From Eledone cirrhosa (taxonomy: Eukaryota), in assembly GCA_964016885.1 (NCBI GenBank), contig OZ024740.1, positions 71,052,001 to 71,116,000 of the forward strand: DNA of 64,000 nucleotides, given 5' to 3'. The notes below the pieces were generated by a model that had not been told where the DNA came from, ran no database searches, and saw only the letters and a list, made by a program, of their open reading frames with translations. A program made the translations under genes and the position numbers. How positions within the stretch are numbered: the stretch's first letter is position 1; every line of letters starts with the position of its first letter. Of this stretch, positions 55,321-64,000 are shown piece by piece.

Positions 55321-58300
55321 CCTACTTGGCTAGTAGACTTAAGCTGTTATCCTGTTTAACACCACCTAGTACTTGGCTGGTAGACTTAAGCTGTTATCCT
55401 GTTTAACACCACCTAGTACTTGGCTGGTAGACTTAATCTGTTATCCTGTTTAACACCACCTAGTACTTGGCTGGTAGACTTAATATGTTATCCTGTTTAA
55501 CACCACCTAGCACTTGGCTGGTAGACTTAATCTGTTATCCTGTTTAACACCACCTAGCACTTGGCTGGTAGACTTAAGCTCTTATCCTGTTTAACACCAC
55601 ATAGTACTTGGCTGGTAGACTTAAGCTGTTATCCTGTTTAACACTACCTAGCACTTGGCTGGTAGACTTAAGCTGTTATCCTGTTTAACATCACCTAGCA
55701 CTTGGCTGGTAGACTTAAGCTGTTATCCTGTTTAACATCACCTAGCACTTGGCTGGTAGACTTAAGCTGTTATCCTGTTTAACATCACCTAGCACTTGGC
55801 TGGTAGACTTAAGCTGTTATCCTGTTTAACACCACCTTATACTTGGCTGGTAGACTTAAGCTGTTATCCTGTTTAACACCACCTTATACTTGGCTGGTAG
55901 ACTTAAGCTGTTATCCTGTTTAACATCACCTAGCACTTGGCTGGTAGACTTAAGCTGTTATCCTGTTTAACATCACCTAGCACTTGGCTGGTAGACTTCA
56001 GCTGTTATCCTGTTTAACACTACCTAGCACTTGGCTGGTAGACTTAATCAGGTTATCCTGTTTAACACCACCTAGTACTTCGCTGGTAGACTTAATCTGT
56101 TATCCTGTTTAACACCACCTAGTACTTGGCTGGTAGACTTAAACTGTTATCCTGTTTAACACCACCTGGCACTTGGCTGGTAGACTTAAGCTGTTATCCT
56201 GTTTAACATGACCTAGCACTTGGCTGGTAGACTTAATCTGTTATCCTGTTTAACACCACCTAGTACTTCGCTGGTAGACTTAATCTGTTATCCTGTTTAA
56301 CATCACCTAGCACTTGGCTGGTAGACTTAAGCTGTTATCCTGTTTAACATCACCTAGCACTTGGCTGGTAGACTTAAGCTGTTATCCTGTTTAACATCAC
56401 CTAGCACTTGGCTGGTAGACTTAAGCTGTTATCCTGTTTAACATCACCTAGCACTTGGCTGGTAGACTTAAGCTGTTATCTTGTTTAACACCACCTAGTA
56501 CTTGGCTGGTAGACTTAATCTGTTATCCTGTTTAACACCACCTTATACTTGGCTGGTAGACTTAAGCTGTTATCCTGTTTAACACCACCTTATACTTGGC
56601 TGGTAGACTTAATCTGTTATCCTGTTTAACACCACCTAGCACTTGGCTGGTAGACTTAAGCTGTTATCCTATTTAACACCACCTAGTACTTCGCTGGTAG
56701 ACTTAATCTGTTATCCTGTTTAACACCACCTAGTACTTGGCTGGTAGACTTAAACTGTTATCCTGTTTAACATCACCTAGCACTTGGCTGGTAGACTTAA
56801 GCTGTTATCCTGTTTAACACTACCTAGCACTTGGCTGGTAGACTTAATCTGTTATCCTGTTTAACACCACCTAGTACTTCGCTGGTAGACTTAATCTGTT
56901 ATCCTGTTTAACACCACCTAGTACTTGGCTGGTAGACTTAAACTGTTATCCTGTTTAACACCACCTGGCACTTGGCTGGTAGACTTAAGCTGTTATCCTG
57001 TTTAACACTACCTAGCACTTGGCTGGTAGACTTAAGCTGTTATCCTGTTTAACACCACCTAGCACTTGGCTGGTAGACTTAAGCTGTTATCCTGTTTAAC
57101 ATCACCTAGCACTTGGCTGGTAGACTTAAGCTGTTATCCTGTTTAACATCACCTAGCACTTGGCTGGTAGACTTAAGCTGTTATCCTGTTTAACATCACC
57201 TAGCACTTGGCTGGTAGACTTAAGCTGTTATCCTGTTTAACATCACCTAGCACTTGGCTGGTAGACTTAAGCTGTTATCCTGTTTAACATCACCTAGCAC
57301 TTGGCTGGTAGACATAAGCTGTTATCCTGTTTAACATCACCTAGCACTTGGCTGGTAGACTTAAGCTGTTACCCTGTTGAACACCACCTAGTACTTGGCT
57401 GGTAGACTTAAGCTGTTATCCTGTTTAACACCACCTTATACTTGGCTGGTAGACTTAATCTGTTATCCTATTTAACACTACCTAGTACTTGGCTGGTAGA
57501 CTTAATCTGTTATCCTGTTTAACACTACCTAGCACTTGGCTGGTAGACTTAAGCTGTTATCCTGTTTAACATCACCTAGCACTTGGCTGGTAGACTTAAT
57601 CTGTTATCCTGTTTAACATCACCTAGCACTTGGCTGGTAGACTAAGTCTGTTATCCTGTTTAACACTACCTAGCACTTGGCTGGTAGACTTAAGCTGTTA
57701 TCCTGTTTAACATCACCTAGCACTTGGCTGGTAGACTTAAGCTGTTATCCTGTTTAACACCACCTAGCACTTGGCTGGTAGACTTAAGCTGTTACCCTGT
57801 TTAACACCACCTAGTACTTGGCTGGTAGACTTAAGCTGTTATCCTGTTTAACACCACCTAGTACTTGGCTGGTAGACTTAAGCTGTTATCCTGTTTAACA
57901 CCACCTTATACTTGGCTGGTAGACTTAAGCTGTTATCCTGTTTAACACCACCTTATACTTGGCTGGTAGACTTAATCTGTTATCCTGTTAAACACCACCT
58001 AGCACTTGGCTGGTAGACTTAAGCTGTTATCCTGTTTAACACCACCTAGTACTTCGCTGGTAGACTTAATCTGTTATCCTGTTTAACACCACCTAGTACT
58101 TGGCTGGTAGACTTAAGCTGTTATCCTGTTTAACACCACCTAGCACTTGGCTGGTAGACTTAAGCTGTTATCCTGTTTAACATCACCTAGCACTTGGCTG
58201 GTAGACTTAAGCTGTTATCCTGTTTAACATCACCTAGCACTTGGCTGGTAGACTTAAGCTGTTATCCTGTTTAACACCACCTAGCACTTGGCTGGTAGAC

Positions 58301-61094
58301 TTAAGCTGTTATCCTGTTTAACACCACCTAGCACTTGGCTGGTAGACTTAAGCTGTTATCCTGTTTAACACCACCTAGTACTTGGCTGGTAGACTTAAGC
58401 TGTTATCCTGTTTAACATCACCTAGCACTTGGCTGGTAGACTTAAGCTGTTATCCTGTTTAACACCACCTAGTACTTGGCTGGTAGACTTAAGCTGTTAT
58501 CCTGTTTAACACCACCTAGCACTTGGCTGGTAGACTTAAGCTGTTATCCTGTTTAACACCACCTAGCACTTGGCTGGTAGACTTAAGCTGTTATCCTGTT
58601 TAACATCACCTAACACTTGGCTGGTAGACTTAAGCTGTTATCCTGTTTAACATCACCTAGCACTTGGCTGGTAGACTTAAGCTGTTATCCTGTTTAACAT
58701 CACCTAGTACTTGACTGGTAGACTTAAGCTGTTATCCTGTTTAACATCACCTAGCACTTGGCTGGTAGACTTAAGCTGTTATCCTGTTTAACATCACCTA
58801 GCACTTGGCTGGTAGACTTAAGCTGTTATCCTGTTTAACACCACCTAGCACTTGGCTGGTAGACTTAAGCTGTTATCCTGTTTAACACCACCTAGCACTT
58901 GGCTGGTAGACTTAAGCTGTTATCCTGTTTAACACCACCTAGCACTTGGCTGGTAGACTTAAGCTGTTATCCTGTTTAACACCACCTAGTACTTCGCTGG
59001 TAGACTTAATCTGTTATCCTGTTTAACACCACCTAGTACTTGGCTGGTAGACTTAAACTGTTATCCTGTTTAACATCACCTAGCACTTGGCTGGTAGACT
59101 TAAGCTGTTATCCTGTTTAACACCACCTAGCACTTGGCTGGTAGACTTAAGCTGTTATCCTGTTTAACATCACCTAGCACTTGGCTGGTAGGCTTAAGCT
59201 GTTATCCTGTTTAACACCACCTAGCACTTGGCTGGTAGACTTAAGCTGTTATCCTGTTTAACATCACCTAGCACTTGGCTGGTAGACTTAAGCTGTTATC
59301 CTGTTTAACATCACCTAGCACTTGGCTGGTAGACTTAAGCTGTTATCCTGTTTAACACCACCTAGCACTTGGCTGGTAGACTTAAGCTGTTATCCTGTTT
59401 AACACCACCTAGCACTTGGCTGGTAGACGTAAGCTGTTATCCTGTTTAACACCACCTAGTACTTGGCTGGTAGACTTAAGCTGTTATCCTGTTTAACATC
59501 ACCTAGCACTTGGCTGGTAGACTTAAGCTGTTATCCTGTTTAACACCACCTAGCACTTGGCTGGTAGACTTAAGCTGTTATCCTGTTTAACATCACCTAG
59601 CACTTGGCTGGTAGACTTAAGCTGTTATCCTGTTTAACACCACCTAGTACTTGGCTGGTAGACTTAAGCTGTTATCCTGTTTAACACCACCTAGTACTTG
59701 GCTGGTAGACTTAAGCTGTTATCCTGTTTAACATCACCTAGCACTTGGCTGGTAGACTTAAGCTGTTATCCTGTTTAACATCACCTAGCACTTGGCTGGT
59801 AGACTTAAGCTGTTATCCTGTTTAACACCACCTAGCACTTGGCTGGTAGACTTAATCTGTTATCCTGTTTAACATCACCTATTACTTGGCTGGTAGACTT
59901 AAGCTGTTATCCTGTTTAACATCACCTAGCACTTGGCTGGTAGACTTAAGCTGTTATCCTGTTTAACATCACCTAGCACTTGGCTGGTAGACTTAAGCTG
60001 TTATCCTGTTTAACATCACCTAGTACTTGGCTGGTAGACTTAAGCTGTTATCCTGTTTAACATCACCTAGTACTTGACTGGTAGACTTAAGCTGTTATCC
60101 TGTTTAACACCACCTAGTACTTGGCTGGTAGACTTAAGCTGTTATCCTGTTTAACATCACCTAGTACTTGGCTGGTAGACTTAAACTGTTATCCTGTTTA
60201 ACACCACCTAGCACTTGGCTGGTAGACTTAAGCTGTTATCCTGTTTAACACCACCTAGCACTTGGCTGGTAGACTTAAGCTGTTATCCTGTTTAACATCA
60301 CCTAGTACTTGACTGGTAGACTTAAGCTGTTATCCTGTTTAACATCATCTAGCACTTGGCTGGTAGACTTAAGCTGTTATCCTGTTTAACATCACCTAGC
60401 ACTTGGCTGGTAGACTTAAGCTGTTATCCTGTTTAACACCACCTAGCACTTGGCTGGTAGACTTAAGCTGTTATCCTGTTTAACACCACCTAGCACTTGG
60501 CTGGTAGACTTAAGCTGTTATCCTGTTTAACATCACCTATTACTTGGCTGGTAGACTTAAGCTGTTATCCTGTTTAACATCACCTAGCACTTGGCTGGTA
60601 GACTTAAGATGTTATCCTGTTTAACATCACCTAGCACTTGGCTGGTAGACTTAAGCTGTTATCCTGTTTAACATCACCTAGCACTTGGCTGGTAGACTTA
60701 AGCTGTTATCCTGTTTAACATCACCTAGTACTTGACTGGTAGACTTAAGCTGTTATCCTGTTTAACACCACCTAGTACTTGGCTGGTAGACTTAAGCTGT
60801 TATCCTGTTTAACATCACCTAGTACTTGGCTGGTAGACTTAAGCTGTTATCCTGTTTAACATCACCTAGTACTTGACTGGTAGACTTAAGCTGTTATCCT
60901 GTTTAACACCACCTAGTACTTGGCTGGTAGACTTAAGCTGTTATCCTGTTTAACATCACCTAGTACTTGGCTGGTAGACTTAAACTGTTATCCTGTTTAA
61001 CACCACCTAGTACTTGACTGGTATACTTAAGCTGTTATCCTGTTTAACATCACCTAGCACTTGGCTGGTAGACTTAAGCTATTACTCTGTTTAG
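55321..61094. repeat. Tandem satellite, 47-bp unit, about 120 copies
   Basis: Unit ACTTGGCTGGTAGACTTAAGCTGTTATCCTGTTTAACAYCACCTAGY. Confidence 0.97.
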
Positions 61095-61319
61095 GTGCTT
61101 TAATAAAGTTCACCCAATTGCAAGTATTTTGGCCAAGTATCCAGTTTGAGTATACCTTCCTTATTTATGAGTCTTGGGGACACTGGGAGGGATCTTAAGT
61201 ACTGCCCTTTCCTCTGACTAAACATGAATTTTTTTCTTTCTTTATCTGATAGAATATAAAAATAATAATGTATGTCACCTCTCTCAACTAACCAATTGGT
61301 ACCATAGCATTAATGATTA

Positions 61320-61730
61320 TTTCTTTTTAACATTGGCACAAGGCCAGTCATTTATGAGAAGACAAAAATCGATTGTATCAACCCTTATACTTAACTGATG
61401 CTTTATTTTATCAATCGTGGAAAGATTAAAGGTAAATATGACCTTGGTGGGATTTGAACACAGAACTGAAAGAGACGTAACTAGATGCTGCAAACTATTT
61501 TGTCTGATGCTCTAACGATTCTGCCATTCCACTGCCATTGCAACATTAATAATTGTTTCTACTTTTGGCACAAGGCCAGCAATTACCCAGTGCATTACTG
61601 GTACTTTATTTTATCGACCCCATAAGGATGAAAGGCAAAGTTAACCTCGGCGGGATTTGAACTCAGAATGGCAAGGGCCGTAACTCTATGCGTCAAAGCA
61701 TGACGGCCGACCGTCTACCAATACTGCCAA
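61320..61730 (-). mobile_element. Two SINE family 1 copies (one old, one young)
   Basis: 61553-61730 is the reverse complement of 18526-18705; 61320-61530 is degenerate. Confidence 0.78.
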
Positions 61731-62462
61731 TCTACATTAATAATGACCTTATTCAGCACCCACATCGCACATTAATTATAATCTATTGCTATTACTATTA
61801 AATTCATGCTTCCTTTCCCTGGATGTTTGTATTCATGCATCGACCAATTAAACATACAATGAAGCTCATTCAACCCAGTTAGTGAAATCTAAGTAGTTTT
61901 ATTACATATTACACACAAAGTCTCTATTAAATACCATGTTCTAGTTTCTGAGGCACTCCTTTTTCCCCAAAAAAAACTTTGTTTTCACTTCCAAACAATA
62001 CATTTTCTTTGACCCATGCTAGTATGCACATATATTTGTGTGTGTGTAAATGTGTAAATATGTATATGTGTGTGTAAATGTGTAAGTGTGTGTGTATATA
62101 TATTTATATTTACATGCATGTATGTTAAATGATTATATATATAATCATTTAACATACATGCATGTAAATATATATATACGTGCATACTTGTATATATGTA
62201 TGTATGTGTGTTTATTGGTTGGTTCTTTTTATTCATGTTTTGAGCCACACCAAAGTTCAATTGAGCAATTAATAATCCGGTGATTTCAAGAGCTGTGGGG
62301 GCGTTGGTGGTGGCAGTGGTAGTGGTGGTGGTGTTTGGTGTTTGTACTTTTTTATCGACCTTGAGGCAAAGTTGACCTTGATGGGATTTTGAACTCAGTG
62401 AGCAGAGAGGCCAAACGAATACCACAAAGCATTTTAAACTACATTCTAATGACTGCAAATTC

Positions 62463-62496
<34 letters not shown>

Positions 62497-62498
<2 letters not shown>

Positions 62499-64000
62499 AC
62501 GAGAATGCAAGCACTCCTCCTTGTTTCGGCCCAGGATGGCTAACATAACCCCCCCCCCCCGCGCCCCACCGCTCCCACCCTCCAAACACAATCCAAAACT
62601 TCAGAGTTGGTACCATGAATGTAGGTACCTTAAAGGGTCGCTCTAACGAGGTTGTAGAAATGCTTGAACGTAAGGAGGTCGATGTTTGTTGTATTCAAGA
62701 GACCAGGTGGAGGGGAGGGTCGGCTAGATTCATCGTGGGTAAAGAACGATGCTATAAGCTTTTCTGGGTGGGAAATGACAATGGGTTGGGTGGGGTAGGA
62801 ATCATGGTAGCAGAAAAGTGGGCAGATAAGATAATAGACGTAAATAGAGTGAACGACAGAATAATTAAAATAAGACTTGTCCTCAATAAAACTACGGTGA
62901 CAGTAATATCTGCGTACGCACCCCAATCCGGACTGCCCCGCGCTATAAAAGACAAATTCTACGAGACACTGATGCTCGCTACCTCCCAAATAACCGACAG
63001 TGACTATATAGTTATTGCAGGCGACCTAAATGGTCACGTTGGACAACATTGTGACGGCTATGACGGAATCCATGGAGGCTATGGGTTCGGTACTAGAAAT
63101 GAGGAAGGCTCCAGAATCCTGGAATTCTGCGACGCAAATAACTTAACTATCTGTAACACTAACTTCAAAAAACGAGACAATCACTTGATCACCTATAGAT
63201 CGGGGGAACACACAAGCCAGGTAGATTATATCCTTACCAGAAGACGTGACAGAGTGTCTGTTGTTAACACTAAATCCCACCCCCATGAAGAATTCACCTC
63301 CCAACATAGACTGATAATTAGCGACCTCATAGTCAGGACGAGACGTACTAGACAGCGGAAGAGGACTATCCTCAGGAGAAAAATATGGAAGCTAAAGGAC
63401 CCCATAGCCAGAAATAAATTTCAAAGCATATTACTTGACGCTTTCGACAGTAAGGAAGAGCAATTAGAGTCGTATAATATAGAGGAACAGTGGGAATTCC
63501 TGAGAGCAAACCTGCTGACGGCGGCAGACGAAGTCTGTGGTTGGAGCAGGCCTGTAGGTAGGAGGAGAGTAACATGGTGGTGGAACAGTAAGGTGGAGGA
63601 GTCAATTAAGGCCAAAAAGCAGGCTTGGAAAGTATGGCGGGATGGGGGAAGTAGAGAAGACTATCAATTGGCCAGGAGGGAAGCTAGGAGACAAGTGTAC
63701 TTCGCAAGAAGGGAAGCAGAGGAAAGAAAGTTCAAGCATGTTCTACAACGTGAGGTGTTCAGGATTGCCAGGCAATGTGTCAAGGAAAACCGTGATATTG
63801 TCGGGGAGAAGTGTGTACTTAACGATGATGGCATACTTGCCATCACCGACGCTGATAAGAAGGTAGCTTGGAAGTGTCACTACGAAAGGCTTCTAAATGA
63901 GGAGAACAAATGGGAGAAAGACAGTCTCCCCCAGATCGATCCAATAGAGGGACCAGCAGTGTTAGTTGAAGGTAGTATAATAAGTAAGGCAATCAAAGAT
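62497..64000 (+). mobile_element. RTE LINE family A 5' portion with a complete APE endonuclease; frame open from about 62615 to the window end
   Basis: Manual translation gives GTMNVGTL...DVCCIQETRW...SAYAPQ...AGDLNGHVG...SQVDY...VTWWWN. I saw no stop codon. There is a 15-bp in-frame deletion near 63750. Confidence 0.92.

Noticed and set aside
55321-61094. CRISPR array or coding repeat
   Set aside because: Contiguous 47-bp units without spacers; the unit is not a multiple of 3 and there is no ORF.
62290-62365. Possible SLC5 exon 4 (VFGVCTFLSTL)
   Set aside because: Made of (GGT)n plus an antisense SINE body, with no convincing splice sites. Exon 4 probably lies beyond the window.

Overview
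AT-rich, repeat-saturated eukaryotic DNA. The SINE/LINE repertoire and huge (TA)n tracts point to a coleoid cephalopod, probably Octopus; this is inferred, not searched. The only host gene I can support is a divergent SLC5 (SMCT/NIS/SMVT-like) sodium:solute symporter on the + strand. Its first three coding exons are 23572-24006, 34277-34342 and 52876-52927, separated by 10-kb and 18.5-kb introns. The rest of the window is mostly repeats. These include many RTE-clade LINE copies, whose RT carries an inserted PHD finger and one of which has an open APE-first ORF running off the right edge. There are also two Penelope-like (GIY-YIG) elements, a dead DD37D maT/mariner, hAT and piggyBac MITEs, two tRNA-derived SINE families and two tandem arrays (55 bp and 47 bp units). 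The most notable structure is a recurring cassette in unrelated families: (TA)n, inverted copy of the 3' tail, truncated body, minimal hammerhead ribozyme, 3' tail, (TA)n. Several foldback palindromes also sit in (TA)n tracts, one built from a tRNA-like head. Most short ORFs in the track are microsatellite or antisense artefacts.
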